From positions 40,669 through 104,668 of the IMG/VR virus record IMGVR_UViG_3300037459_000160: a stretch of DNA of 64,000 bases; one strand, written 5' to 3'. Shown in pieces: positions 10,620 through 20,204 of the stretch (position 1 is the stretch's first letter; each line of letters starts with the position of its first letter). A program made the position numbers and the translations under genes. Below the pieces are notes generated by a model. It did not search any database and was not told the DNA's origin. It worked only from the letters and a program-made list of their open reading frames with translations. The stretch is from a virus.

Positions 10620-10660
10620 AACCCGGTTTTGAGCCTTTGCCGCGTGTACGGAAAACCGCG

Positions 10661-10705
10661 AGGCTCGGCAAGGCCCCTTTTAACCTTGCCGAGCCTTTTT
10701 TATTT
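10661..10705 (+). terminator. Rho-independent terminator after the MCP
   Basis: 13-bp stem AGGCTCGGCAAGG/CCTTGCCGAGCCT followed by a T run. Confidence 0.85.
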
Positions 10706-10713
10706 GGTGAGAT

Positions 10714-11949
10714 ATGTTGCCCGAGGGAATCCAACAGATCGAAGCCCGCGAAGTGTTGCGGACGTTGCCCGAGAACGTTACAGGTAAAAAGATTGCCTTA
10801 CGTTTGACGGGTGGGGTTGGCGATGCTGTGATTGCAATTGGGGGCGTTGCGTATGCGTTGCGTAAAGAGGATTGCCAAATTACGGCGGCCGTAATGCCTC
10901 ACCAAATTCCGTTAATGTTGGAAATGGTGGGCGTTGATAAGGCAGTTGAGGGGAGATTACTTAACCGTCCCGACATTTGCCAAAAATACGATTCTATCGT
11001 TTCATTCTCGGGCGTGTTCAATTCCCATCGGGAGTTACGGGCGGGAGGGTATTACAACCTTGTGAGCGACCGTACGGGCCTCAGGGTGGGGCCCGGCAAG
11101 TTTGCCTTTGAGCCAATTGCTCAACCGCGTGCGAGCGAGCGTACGGGCGTTCTCGGTCGTATACCGTACAAAGTGCGACGGGTAGCGATGCACCCAGGTT
11201 CAAGTAACCCGAATCGTTGTTGGGTATCCGAGCGTTGGCGAGAGCTTGCGTATGAGTTGCGGGACCGAGGGTGTAAAATCCTTTGGTTAGGTACTCGCGA
11301 TGAGATGGGGTTTAATGCCGAGGGTATTTCCAAGATGAGCGACGAAACCGAGGATTTGGTTTTACAAGCCGAAGTCCTCGGGAATTGCGATTACTTCATT
11401 GGCAACGATTCGGGTTTTGCTCACATTGCGGGCGTGTTGAATGTGCCCGGTCTTGTGCTGTTTTTTAGTACAGCGGCCGAGGATGTAATACACGCATACC
11501 CAAGATTGAAAGGTGTTGACGTTTACGAACGGTCAAACGTTAAGCCGAGCCGAAGTTTGAGCCAAGGTTGTAAGGTTGCCGAGGTAGCACAACAGGCGAT
11601 GAGTGTTGCCGATGTTTTGAAGGCAACGGGCCTTTATTCGGTTTCCCCGAAACGCGGTTCGCGTACGGAGGGTAAAGCCGTGGCAATAAAACTCGCGATT
11701 CTCGGGCAACCCGAAAATCCAACTTTAACCTTGTTGCGGGATTTCCTTATCAAGCACAATTACGAAGTGAAGCTATTGAGAAACGCCCCGACGCATGGGA
11801 TGGAATTCGATTGTTTTATTTTATTGACCGGCAGCCGGTGCCGTTTGCAGGTAAAGGGTACGAGTGTTGCCGTTGATATCTCCAACCTTGAGAACGTTAG
11901 GCGAGCAATTCGCGAGTTGCTCCTAAGGGGCGATGATGAGCAAACTTAA
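10714..11949 (+). CDS. Glycosyltransferase family 9 (heptosyltransferase-like)
   Basis: GGVGDAV, MHPGSS...RCW..ERW..LA, FIGNDSGFAHIAGVL..P motifs of GT9. Confidence 0.85.
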   Translation: MLPEGIQQIEAREVLRTLPENVTGKKIALRLTGGVGDAVIAIGGVAYALRKEDCQITAAVMPHQIPLMLEMVGVDKAVEGRLLNRPDICQKYDSIVSFSGVFNSHRELRAGGYYNLVSDRTGLRVGPGKFAFEPIAQPRASERTGVLGRIPYKVRRVAMHPGSSNPNRCWVSERWRELAYELRDRGCKILWLGTRDEMGFNAEGISKMSDETEDLVLQAEVLGNCDYFIGNDSGFAHIAGVLNVPGLVLFFSTAAEDVIHAYPRLKGVDVYERSNVKPSRSLSQGCKVAEVAQQAMSVADVLKATGLYSVSPKRGSRTEGKAVAIKLAILGQPENPTLTLLRDFLIKHNYEVKLLRNAPTHGMEFDCFILLTGSRCRLQVKGTSVAVDISNLENVRRAIRELLLRGDDEQT

Positions 11950-12424
11950 AGATGCGATGCAAGCGATACGGGAAACGCCCCGATCGGCCATTGGGGATAT
12001 TGAGGAATTAACGGGCCGGCTGGATGAGGCCGAGACCGCAAAGCGGCAAGCCTTTTTATTTTTGCGGGGCGTTATTGAGTTGGCCCCAGTGGCCATTATT
12101 GTTTGCGATTGTGAGGGGAAGTTTAAGGTTTGGAACGAAAAGGCAAATGAACTTGTTGGGGATAAGCCCAAAGACGTACCCCCCGAGTTTTGGCCCCAAG
12201 CGTACCAACTTTTTGACCCTTCCGACCATACGAAATTGATTGAAAAAGCCCCGCTAGCCGAGGCCCTTGAGACCGAGCGAGAGGTACACAAGTTTATGTG
12301 GATCGGTAATGGTTCCCGCCGATTGGTTGAGTGTGTTGCCCGGCCCGTTTATTGTATTCAAAGACTAATTGGGGCCGTGGTCTACTTCAAGGAATCGGAA
12401 ACTCATGACCGACGATCCTTTTGA
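11933..12424 (+). CDS. Stand-alone PAS domain protein with N-terminal coiled coil
   Basis: VIELAPVAIIVCD.EG....WNEKA.EL.G ... ARPV....LIGAVVYF is a PAS-fold pattern. Confidence 0.8.
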   Translation: MMSKLKDAMQAIRETPRSAIGDIEELTGRLDEAETAKRQAFLFLRGVIELAPVAIIVCDCEGKFKVWNEKANELVGDKPKDVPPEFWPQAYQLFDPSDHTKLIEKAPLAEALETEREVHKFMWIGNGSRRLVECVARPVYCIQRLIGAVVYFKESETHDRRSF

Positions 12425-12683
12425 CTTGGAAGATTCCGTACCGATTCGCGAGGGAATGGTTGGCGATAAAAGTTGGCAGGAATACCGGCGATTGATTTTA
12501 TTTGAGTTGAAACGCCAACACAACAAACAAGAGGCCCTTGATACGGCGGTACAAGCAATCAACCAATCGCTCACCGTTTTGAAAACCAAAGCCGCTATGT
12601 GGGGAGCCTTGGCCGGCTTGTTAGTCGGTACCGTGGTTACGATCGTTGGCGGCCTAGTAATTCACACATTGACGACCCATTAA
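12405..12683 (+). CDS. Small coiled-coil protein with a C-terminal transmembrane helix (holin/XhlA-like)
   Basis: Coiled coil followed by hydrophobic AAMWGALAGLLVGTVVTIVGGLVI; likely start ATG 12405. Confidence 0.55.
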   Translation: MTDDPFDLEDSVPIREGMVGDKSWQEYRRLILFELKRQHNKQEALDTAVQAINQSLTVLKTKAAMWGALAGLLVGTVVTIVGGLVIHTLTTH

Positions 12684-12695
12684 GGGAGAAAACAA

Positions 12696-12995
12696 ATGGT
12701 TGCAACAGCCGGCACCGCCGTAACCCTAGCGGCGAGCCCCGCACAAACTCAATTTTTTGATGACCCGGTTGGAGCAACCGAGGTTTTCGTTAAGAATGTG
12801 GGGGCGAACGTGGCCGAAATTCACGTACCGGGCTTGCACGCGGACGGGGATTTTTTCCCGATTGCGGTTGGGGCCGATTGTATTTTCCGGCTTGACCATA
12901 TGGGTATTCGGAAAATATTTGGCCGAGGCGTTGGCGGTACAACCGATGTTGACTTTGGCGTTAAGTCTAAGACGTTCCCACACGGTACTAATTAA
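12696..12995 (+). CDS. Hypothetical virion protein (small beta-rich)
   Basis: SD-like AAGGGAG upstream; 99-aa beta-strand-rich ORF in the structural module. Confidence 0.65.
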   Translation: MVATAGTAVTLAASPAQTQFFDDPVGATEVFVKNVGANVAEIHVPGLHADGDFFPIAVGADCIFRLDHMGIRKIFGRGVGGTTDVDFGVKSKTFPHGTN

Positions 12996-13005
12996 GAGTG
13001 CGGCA

Positions 13006-13359
13006 ATGGTTTTTGTACCGACAACAAACCTATTTCCGCGAACCTCAATTTTGGAATACGGTGCAACGGGAAGTGTTGCGGATAACACATTAACAACCGT
13101 TTTATCGTTTACCGTTTTGGGTTCGCCCGCGTTTATTGACGCGATACACGCCGGGGGCAATTTGCCCGCGTGCTTTTCTCTCATTGTGAACACGATTCTA
13201 AAACTTGACTTTCAAAATTCCCATACGGAGCGAACCAAAGCCATAACATTGCCAGCCCCTCAACGTTTTGCGGTTGGCGATGTTGTGGATATTAAGGTTG
13301 AACATTTTCAGGTAGGGAAAAGCGGGATCTTTACGGCAACCATTTTTGGGCATCGGTAA
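13006..13359 (+). CDS. Hypothetical virion beta-sandwich protein
   Basis: Likely start ATG 13006 (MVFVPTT...); shares a pattern with the 13680 C-terminus and with 14884. Confidence 0.6.
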   Translation: MVFVPTTNLFPRTSILEYGATGSVADNTLTTVLSFTVLGSPAFIDAIHAGGNLPACFSLIVNTILKLDFQNSHTERTKAITLPAPQRFAVGDVVDIKVEHFQVGKSGIFTATIFGHR

Positions 13360-13361
13360 TC

Positions 13362-13673
13362 ATGGGCGATTTGGTACGGGCTGGCTTTCGGGCCGATATA
13401 ATTCAAGCAAACCCCGATTTGTATTTGAGGCACGCTAAAATACAACTCAATGAAAAGGATTCGCAAGTTGCATCGTTGAACGCTCGCATTTTGGCAATGG
13501 AAACCGTTGAGCTTGAAAAACTTAGGTTGCAACTTTCGGTGTTTGAAAAGGAACAACAGGAATTACGGGAACAAGTACGGAGTATTGCAACGGAGTATGC
13601 AAGTGAACTTGCCGGGCTTGAGTCCGGTGTTGTTGATGCCGAATTCACCGTGAAACCCGATTCAAAAGGATAA
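13362..13673 (+). CDS. Hypothetical coiled-coil protein
   Basis: Heptad pattern; tight gene packing. Confidence 0.6.
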   Translation: MGDLVRAGFRADIIQANPDLYLRHAKIQLNEKDSQVASLNARILAMETVELEKLRLQLSVFEKEQQELREQVRSIATEYASELAGLESGVVDAEFTVKPDSKG

Positions 13674-13679
13674 TCTCAA

Positions 13680-14660
13680 ATGTCAGATTTTGATTCCGCA
13701 CAACCTGTTAGGCTTAATGACGGTACTAACGATTTCGGTTTTGTTATCGGTACCCCGTTTTTCGTGACCATTGCGGACGCGGGCGGGGATCAAATCGAAA
13801 TTGACGCGAGCGGCCAACTTGGCGTTGTAATCGGCTCGGGGCCGGCCGACATTGGAAAGGCCGAGGATTCGGTACACGTAACCGGCGATGTTGGCGTTGG
13901 CCTGTTGGCGGTTCGCCAAAGTGTCCAAGCCGATTTGGCCCCCGATGGGGATTACACGTTTCCCACAATCGACGACTCGGGAGGGCTTCGCGTTTCCATC
14001 GTTGCGGGGAGTGCGGGGGGAGCCTCGGCCGTTGATGATTCGGTGTTTACGATTGGCGTTGATAACGTGGCCCCGGCCGGTTATCTGGCCGATGAGACCG
14101 CGACCGATTCGGTTGATGAGGGCGACGTCGGGTTGGCCCGGATGACCCTTGACCGAAAGGTTTTGCATGTTCTTGTTGACCCGACAACCGATGCCAACCG
14201 GGCAGCGATTGACGCGAACGGGAGCCAACAAGTTTTGCTTTTCGGCTCACTTGATCCGACTTCGGTTAATGCCGATGATAACCCGATTTTCGTTCAAGTG
14301 GTGACCGGGGCGACAAGCTCAACGGAAATCAACGACTTTAACCAAGCGGTGGGCGTTGCCGCGATGGGTGGAACGGCCACGCACGCATTGCCTGTATCGG
14401 CAGCCTCAACGCTTCTATTGCGTTCGGTTATCTTTGCGGGTTCGGGCTCGGGTAAGGTTGAGATTGCCCTTGGGCCGTTGGCGAGCGAGGTTACAAAGGC
14501 GGTTGCGTTCATTTCCTCGGCCAACCCGACGCGGCAAGTATTCTTTGATCCGCCGATTGAGCTTGTCTTTGCGTCCGATGAGCAAGTTTTGTTGACGGTA
14601 ACCAACCGCGATAACCAAGCCCAAGACCTTTACACAACGATTATCGGGGATGAAATTTAA
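13680..14660 (+). CDS. Hypothetical virion protein (decoration/fibre-like)
   Basis: 326 aa, Asp/Gly/Val-rich, with internal repeats (EDSVH..GDVG / TDSVDEGDVG) and a C-terminal beta domain. Confidence 0.7.
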   Translation: MSDFDSAQPVRLNDGTNDFGFVIGTPFFVTIADAGGDQIEIDASGQLGVVIGSGPADIGKAEDSVHVTGDVGVGLLAVRQSVQADLAPDGDYTFPTIDDSGGLRVSIVAGSAGGASAVDDSVFTIGVDNVAPAGYLADETATDSVDEGDVGLARMTLDRKVLHVLVDPTTDANRAAIDANGSQQVLLFGSLDPTSVNADDNPIFVQVVTGATSSTEINDFNQAVGVAAMGGTATHALPVSAASTLLLRSVIFAGSGSGKVEIALGPLASEVTKAVAFISSANPTRQVFFDPPIELVFASDEQVLLTVTNRDNQAQDLYTTIIGDEI

Positions 14661-14669
14661 GCCCCTCAA

Positions 14670-14685
14670 GTGAACCCGGTTTCAC
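14670..14685. repeat. 16-bp quasi-palindrome, copy 2 (GTGAACCCGGTTTCAC)
   Basis: Intergenic exact copy. Confidence 0.9.
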
Positions 14686-14707
14686 AGTAAACGAAGTAAG
14701 GAAAGAA

Positions 14708-14887
14708 ATGAGTACAGGAAACGAAAACGAAAAGGGAACCCCCGAGTCTAGAGTAAATTCGATTGAGTTAAAGCCGGGGAACGAATTGATTGTTTTAATT
14801 CGGCTTGTGGAGCAACTCAATGCGAATGTTGTCGGGCTCCAAACGATTCTTTCCGAGTTTATCGGGGAGTTGAGAAATCCTAAATGA
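14708..14887 (+). CDS. Small hypothetical protein (59 aa, missing from the ORF track)
   Basis: AAGG upstream; MSTGNENEKG...ELRNPK; its TGA overlaps the next ATG (ATGA). Confidence 0.6.
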   Translation: MSTGNENEKGTPESRVNSIELKPGNELIVLIRLVEQLNANVVGLQTILSEFIGELRNPK

Positions 14888-15381
14888 GCGATATTGACAA
14901 TCACGATTTTGATATTGCGATACGGGCCCCTGATTCGCCCTCGGGTTCCGTTTTCGGTATTATCGGCCGCGTTGACGATCGGTTAAAGGTTGATGTTGGG
15001 GAATCGGGCCCGTTAATCACGATTCCCGGCCTTGTTGCATTAACGAGCAGAATACGGGAATACGATAGGGATACGCATACCTCGGCGAGTACCCCAAAAA
15101 CGCTTGTTTCGTTTACCGTACCCGTTGATGAGGTACTTGAGCTTTTTCATTGGCACGCGGCAGCCGAGGGGGCATCGTACCTTGTATCGTTTCAACTTGA
15201 CGGGGTAGAATTTGACGCGATTCGGGCGGTATCTGCAAACGATGCGGGCCGAATTGAGGTTGAGTACACGGCGGCCCCGGTTCAAGCCGTGGCGGGCGAG
15301 GTTGTGAGTATTGAATTGTTGGAAGTTGCCAACAACAAAGAAATCATCGTAGGTTTTAATGGGATTGTATTTGACGCATGA
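14884..15381 (+). CDS. Hypothetical virion beta-sandwich protein
   Basis: ATGA-coupled on both sides; beta-rich. Confidence 0.7.
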   Translation: MSDIDNHDFDIAIRAPDSPSGSVFGIIGRVDDRLKVDVGESGPLITIPGLVALTSRIREYDRDTHTSASTPKTLVSFTVPVDEVLELFHWHAAAEGASYLVSFQLDGVEFDAIRAVSANDAGRIEVEYTAAPVQAVAGEVVSIELLEVANNKEIIVGFNGIVFDA

Positions 15382-16031
15382 GCCGACGAACAAAAGAAAT
15401 GGATTGGGCCACGTTCAAAACCCGCGTTGACGCGGGCGGGTTGCGAGTGGAATACGACGTTATCAAACGAAATTTGGGCGGGAGCGAACAAGAGTTTTAC
15501 GACATTTGGGCGGGGGATCAACTTACAATTTTCACTTGTGGGATTAAGAAAGAAAATCCCACGGTTGACCCGAGCGACCAAAAGGTATTTGAGGATGATT
15601 ATTTGCCGATGGCAAATACCGTAAATCCTCTCACGGTTGACCCGATAGCCGGTAGCACGGTAATCCTAGATGGGGATGCGGTAAGCGGCAGCATACCCAA
15701 GGGCTCGGCGGTTGATATTGACTTTGGGCCGATCGGCGAGCAACGGTTACTCAAGGGCGGGCACTTGATAACCGATAAATCGGTAATGGGCGATTGGGTC
15801 AAATTCCAGGTAATCGACATTGACGACGTTTTGGGGCAAGGGGCCGGTTTCGTGGTTGCCACGTTTATTAAAAAGTGGTTTGTACCCCCCACGGGCATGA
15901 TTCAATTTGAGACCCCGCAAGCCTCAAAAATCTTTGCCGGGCTTTACATTCGTTGTACTTATACATCGGTTGGAACGGTGAATAATGTAACGGCGGGAAT
16001 CAATTATCTCTTACTCAAACAATTGAGCTAG
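15378..16031 (+). CDS. Hypothetical virion protein
   Basis: ATGA overlap; 217 aa with a beta-rich C-terminal domain. Confidence 0.7.
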   Translation: MSRRTKEMDWATFKTRVDAGGLRVEYDVIKRNLGGSEQEFYDIWAGDQLTIFTCGIKKENPTVDPSDQKVFEDDYLPMANTVNPLTVDPIAGSTVILDGDAVSGSIPKGSAVDIDFGPIGEQRLLKGGHLITDKSVMGDWVKFQVIDIDDVLGQGAGFVVATFIKKWFVPPTGMIQFETPQASKIFAGLYIRCTYTSVGTVNNVTAGINYLLLKQLS

Positions 16032-16033
16032 GC

Positions 16034-16564
16034 ATGTTGCCGGTTGTTACTAGATTTTGTACGGGTGCGAATCTTGCCGCTACATTGCAGCGGTTAAGCG
16101 ATGATTTTTATTGGAATCCAACGGCGGTTGCTTTCCAAGTGGCCCCGGCGTACGCGGATAAGAAAATTGCGTTGGCCGAGGGAGCGGCCGAGAATCTTGA
16201 GAGTTACACGGCTTCGGTTGCCAGCCTCGGTAATGCGGGCCGGTTGCTCGTTAGGGTACACGATGAGGATAACGCCAACCTTTGCATCGGTACGGCTCAT
16301 ACGGGCGTTCTCAATGGCGAGGAAGTACAAGACGTTGGAATAGTTGACGAACACTTGAGGCGAGACCAGAGCCTAGTTCCGGCCCCCGTGGGTACCGATC
16401 GAACGCCTAACAACGCCAATCGGAAACTCACCAACCGCGTTAAGATTGATGAGGGAGCCGGCAAGCTAACGGTTTATGAGGAAGATGATACAACGACTGC
16501 CTTTGAGCAAACCATTACGACCGATCCAAACGCGGAACCTTTGACCGAAGTTGACACGATATGA
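16034..16564 (+). CDS. Hypothetical virion protein
   Basis: C-terminal LTNR.KID...LTVYE.DDTT pattern recalls phage structural proteins. Confidence 0.65.
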   Translation: MLPVVTRFCTGANLAATLQRLSDDFYWNPTAVAFQVAPAYADKKIALAEGAAENLESYTASVASLGNAGRLLVRVHDEDNANLCIGTAHTGVLNGEEVQDVGIVDEHLRRDQSLVPAPVGTDRTPNNANRKLTNRVKIDEGAGKLTVYEEDDTTTAFEQTITTDPNAEPLTEVDTI

Positions 16565-16833
16565 GCGGCCGAGCCCGGTTTTTGCTGTTGGGTTGGTTAA
16601 ACGCTCCCCCCGTGGAACGGGGTACGGCTTGCGGAACAATCACAATAAAGAGAGTCGGCGGGGGAATTACTTTGACACAACCGGGCGGCCGAATTGATTT
16701 ACGGCCAAGGATTGGCGGGGAGTTGGAAGCTATTCGCAAGGAATCCCGCGTTGGTGGCGATGTAACAATACAATCCCGCATTGGTGGAACCGTTCACATA
16801 AGAAAATGTGAGGAATCGGATACGTGCGAGTAA
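16561..16833 (+). CDS. Hypothetical protein with (R/P)xGG beta repeats
   Basis: Repeats RVGG/QPGG/RIGG/RVGG/RIGG at about 10-aa spacing; ATGA overlap. Confidence 0.55.
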   Translation: MSGRARFLLLGWLNAPPVERGTACGTITIKRVGGGITLTQPGGRIDLRPRIGGELEAIRKESRVGGDVTIQSRIGGTVHIRKCEESDTCE

Positions 16834-16837
16834 GCCC

Positions 16838-17152
16838 ATGAGCCTAACAATTACAATTGACGAAGATAATTTAATCGAGTGGGATCAAATGACCGATTCC
16901 GCCGATGGTTCGTTTATTAACTCGGCAACTGTTGATTGGGAGTTAAAGGAAAAGGATGATACCGTTTTGTTCTCGGGTACCCTTGCATTCGTTGTGGCCT
17001 CGGATGGGAAATACCAAGGCACGATGGATAAGGCCGATACGGTGAACCTTGAGCGGGGCGAGAAATACTTTTTGGAACTAACCGCAACATTCGGGGGCCT
17101 TGATGGGTTCCGCCGAATTATGTGCATCGCACAATTTCACGGCGAGGTTTAA
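16838..17152 (+). CDS. Hypothetical Ig-like virion protein
   Basis: Likely start ATG 16838; SDGKY.G...L..G.KY.LE pattern. Confidence 0.6.
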   Translation: MSLTITIDEDNLIEWDQMTDSADGSFINSATVDWELKEKDDTVLFSGTLAFVVASDGKYQGTMDKADTVNLERGEKYFLELTATFGGLDGFRRIMCIAQFHGEV

Positions 17153-17153
17153 C

Positions 17154-17873
17154 GTGGGAAATTACATAACAGCCGATGAGGTAAAGTGTAAAAAAATTGG
17201 CGGTGTTGTTGTCGAGCAAGTAAAACTTTACACCGATGCCGAGATTGAGGAAGAAATTGCATTTATTGAGCAATGGATTGAATTGATTACGGGCGACATT
17301 TTTTATACGAAAATCGAAACCAATGAATTTGATGGGAATGGATTAACGCGGTTGTTTTTTCCGCCCGATATTCCGTACCAAGTCCAGATTGAGAACATTA
17401 CCAGCGTTAAGGATTTTGATACTGACGGGCTGTTGCTTGATACCTTTATTGAGGGTGAGGATTTCGTACCTCGGGAATTCTTCCTTGAGATTGCGTTGAG
17501 CTTTCCCGAGGATACGCCGAGACGGGGAATTTTACGCGGTGGGGTTTGGCCTCGCGGTCAAAAGAATATCCACATTGAGGCGAGTTGGGGCCTTGAGGAA
17601 ACGCCCGGTACGATCAAAAAGGCGGCTTGTTTGTTGGTTCTTGAAAAGCTCATACCCGGTTCAACCGGAATGGCCCCCCAGGATGTAATTCAAGCCGTAT
17701 GGCCTGATTTCACGATTTCGTATAAGAGCGAAAAAGCCTTTGGAATGACAACAGGTTTTGCCGAGGTTGATCGGCTGTTGATGTTGCACTTGAATCATTC
17801 AAGCCTTTTTCTTGTTGTGCCGGATACAAAGCAAACGTACGACAACAATTTGTTTGGCACGACTAACAGGTAA
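17154..17873 (+). CDS. Head-tail adaptor/connector protein
   Basis: GTG start; Y.T..EV, IE..TG..F...E..FDG.G, WP.G.KNI.I....G....P..IKKA pattern. Confidence 0.75.
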   Translation: MGNYITADEVKCKKIGGVVVEQVKLYTDAEIEEEIAFIEQWIELITGDIFYTKIETNEFDGNGLTRLFFPPDIPYQVQIENITSVKDFDTDGLLLDTFIEGEDFVPREFFLEIALSFPEDTPRRGILRGGVWPRGQKNIHIEASWGLEETPGTIKKAACLLVLEKLIPGSTGMAPQDVIQAVWPDFTISYKSEKAFGMTTGFAEVDRLLMLHLNHSSLFLVVPDTKQTYDNNLFGTTNR

Positions 17874-17876
17874 AAA

Positions 17877-18281
17877 ATGTTAAGCCGAATTCCTATAATT
17901 GGGCTTGCCCACCTTGTTAACATTACGCGAAAGCGAGACGTTGACGACGGGGCGGGCGGTATTGATGCCGGTGAGCCGCTTACGGTGTACGCCAATCAAC
18001 GGGGCCGCATTGCCGCGATGACCGATGAGGATGAGCAATTACGTTTTGGGAATGTAACCGGGCAGCGTTGGAGCGTGGTAATGATTTACTCGCCCGATAT
18101 TAAACGCCAAGACTTTTTGAGCCTTTCGCCGGCAAGTATTGAGGCACCTATTGATAGGTGCAACCCCGATAATGGCAAGGTTCAAGAGTACCGAATAAAT
18201 TACGTGAAAAAGCAGATTGACGACGGGGGAGCGATGCACCATACGAGTTTGGTTATTGAGCTTGAGGATCAAAACACGTAA
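17877..18281 (+). CDS. Head-closure (stopper) protein
   Basis: H.V.I.R....DDG.GG ... Y.I..V ... HH..L pattern and gene position. Confidence 0.7.
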   Translation: MLSRIPIIGLAHLVNITRKRDVDDGAGGIDAGEPLTVYANQRGRIAAMTDEDEQLRFGNVTGQRWSVVMIYSPDIKRQDFLSLSPASIEAPIDRCNPDNGKVQEYRINYVKKQIDDGGAMHHTSLVIELEDQNT

Positions 18282-18787
18282 TGGCAAAATTAACGGTTCG
18301 GGTAAGCGGTCTCAGGAAAATAGACCAAAAGATTATTACTATGGTGAAAGTTGCCCCGGTACTTTCCGCCAAGGTAATGTTTACGTCTGCCCATCGGATA
18401 ACGATTCCGGCGATTAAAGCCCGGCTCAAGTCACAACGTAATGTGTTTCGCGGCGATCTAGTACAAAGGCAAGCGGCCCGAACGGGGATTGAGGGTGGGA
18501 AACCGTTCATTGAGATTGGAGCCCTTGGGGTACCTTACGGCCTCGCGGTTGAAAAGGGCCAAGGCCCGCACAAACCCAACTCAAAAAAGATTCTTGAATA
18601 CGCACGAAAGAAAATGGGATTGACCAAGGGAGCGTTCGCGGTTGCGGCAGCAATCATTAAGACGCTACAAACCACGGGATCAAGGCCCCACCCGTATTTG
18701 GTTCCGACTTGGTTAGTAACACGGGATGCCTTTTTCAAAGATTGGCTCGCCCGCATGAAAATACAGTTTAAGAAGTTGGGTATCTAA
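18281..18787 (+). CDS. Neck/tail-completion protein (HK97 gp10-like)
   Basis: Basic protein; YG.AVE.G..PH.P and G.RPHPYL.P motifs. Confidence 0.75.
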   Translation: MAKLTVRVSGLRKIDQKIITMVKVAPVLSAKVMFTSAHRITIPAIKARLKSQRNVFRGDLVQRQAARTGIEGGKPFIEIGALGVPYGLAVEKGQGPHKPNSKKILEYARKKMGLTKGAFAVAAAIIKTLQTTGSRPHPYLVPTWLVTRDAFFKDWLARMKIQFKKLGI

Positions 18788-18788
18788 A

Positions 18789-19289
18789 ATGGCCGAAGGC
18801 CAAGAAAATCTCAATCAAGCAATCGTTGAAAAGTTGCGGGCCGATACCGTCGCAACTATCGGCCTTGTTGCGTTGACAGGGCACGACCAAAGCAAGGCAG
18901 AGGGTTTCCGCATTGCACGACAAACACCCCCCGTTAAAAGCCGATTGCCGTTCTTAGGTGTTTCAATCTTTACAAGTATTCCGTTGATGGATTCGGACGT
19001 TTCGCAACTCCAACGAGCCCGCGTACATTTTCGTTGTTATGGGGCTAAGGAATTGCCAGCGATCAAACTAGCCGATAGAATGGAGCACTTGTTACACGGT
19101 AGGGCCGAGGATGTAAGCGTTGGAACGAATCGGGGTTATTATGATTTTTCCAACAGCGAAGTAAGTACACGAAGTACGAGATTTAAGAATCGAGATTTAC
19201 CGGATTTCGATGATGACGTTGATGCGTGGAACGTGCTCGTTGAGGCCGATTTGGTCTGGATTGATGAGCCCGGTTGCACGCAACCGTAA
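18789..19289 (+). CDS. Tail terminator protein
   Basis: Lies directly before the major tail protein; AIV..L.AD...LP(F)L pattern. Confidence 0.65.
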   Translation: MAEGQENLNQAIVEKLRADTVATIGLVALTGHDQSKAEGFRIARQTPPVKSRLPFLGVSIFTSIPLMDSDVSQLQRARVHFRCYGAKELPAIKLADRMEHLLHGRAEDVSVGTNRGYYDFSNSEVSTRSTRFKNRDLPDFDDDVDAWNVLVEADLVWIDEPGCTQP

Positions 19290-19316
19290 CCCCGATTCAA
19301 GAGGGAGTGTATTTCT

Positions 19317-19814
19317 ATGGCTGGCAATGCCGACAATATTTTGATCGGTGCGGCCCAAGTGGACATTGACGGTACAGATGTCGGATTTACCAAGGGTGGT
19401 ACCACGGTTCGGTACGAGCCCGAGTTTATCGACGTTATGGCCGATCAAGCCGTTGGAGTGGTTCGCAAGGCGAGAAGTTTGGAGCGAATGTTTGTAACGA
19501 CGACTTTGCTTGAGGTGACCCTTGAGCAAATTCGTTTGTCATTCATGCAACCCGCAACGCATCTTGTGGGCGGGAGTGTGTTGACATTGGGTTACAACGA
19601 TTCGTGTTTTGTGGATGAGCTTGCCATTGTGCTAACGGGCCCCGGCCCCGGTACGGGCGGCTTGTGTGGTACCCGCGTTTGGACGTTCCCGAAATGTATT
19701 TCGTTCGGGACAAAAGAGGTTGCCATGACCCGCGAGGAAGAAACCTCATTTGAGGTTGAATTTGAAATCCTCAAGGACGCAAACGGCAACTTTGGTACCG
19801 TTGTTGACCAGTAG
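19317..19814 (+). CDS. Major tail tube protein
   Basis: SD GAGGGAG; NILIGA...VGFTKGG...YEPE...T.LLE.TLE motif. Confidence 0.85.
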   Translation: MAGNADNILIGAAQVDIDGTDVGFTKGGTTVRYEPEFIDVMADQAVGVVRKARSLERMFVTTTLLEVTLEQIRLSFMQPATHLVGGSVLTLGYNDSCFVDELAIVLTGPGPGTGGLCGTRVWTFPKCISFGTKEVAMTREEETSFEVEFEILKDANGNFGTVVDQ

Positions 19815-19891
19815 CAAACCGTAAGGCGTTTACCCGCGTTTTGCGTTTTGTTCGTAATTTCATACCCGATGTAAAGGGGGTGGAAAATCTC

Positions 19892-20134
19892 ATGGCGAGT
19901 AGTGAGTTAGGGAGTGAGGTTTTGGCCGAACTTCAAACCAAGGGAATTGATACGCCCGAGGAGGTTGCCGATTTTCGGATACCCGGCGAAAGGCGAGACA
20001 ACGCAACCTCGCCAACGGCCGGGGATATGTTTGATGTACTCGGCAACATTCAAGACAATCGCGGGCAGTATTGGGTAAGCCGTAAACGGGTTCGCCATGA
20101 TGCCTTGCGATTGCAACTTGAAGGCCAATTGTAA
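19892..20134 (+). CDS. Hypothetical protein
   Basis: Likely start ATG 19892 with an SD-like GGGGGTGG. Confidence 0.55.
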   Translation: MASSELGSEVLAELQTKGIDTPEEVADFRIPGERRDNATSPTAGDMFDVLGNIQDNRGQYWVSRKRVRHDALRLQLEGQL

Positions 20135-20145
20135 GTGGCCGGGTA

Positions 20146-20161
20146 GTGAACCCGGTTTCAC
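20146..20161. repeat. 16-bp quasi-palindrome, copy 3
   Basis: Intergenic exact GTGAACCCGGTTTCAC. Confidence 0.9.
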
Positions 20162-20204
20162 TTGTTTTCGTTTTTTGGTCCCAAAATTCAAGGGAGTTTA
20201 AGCA

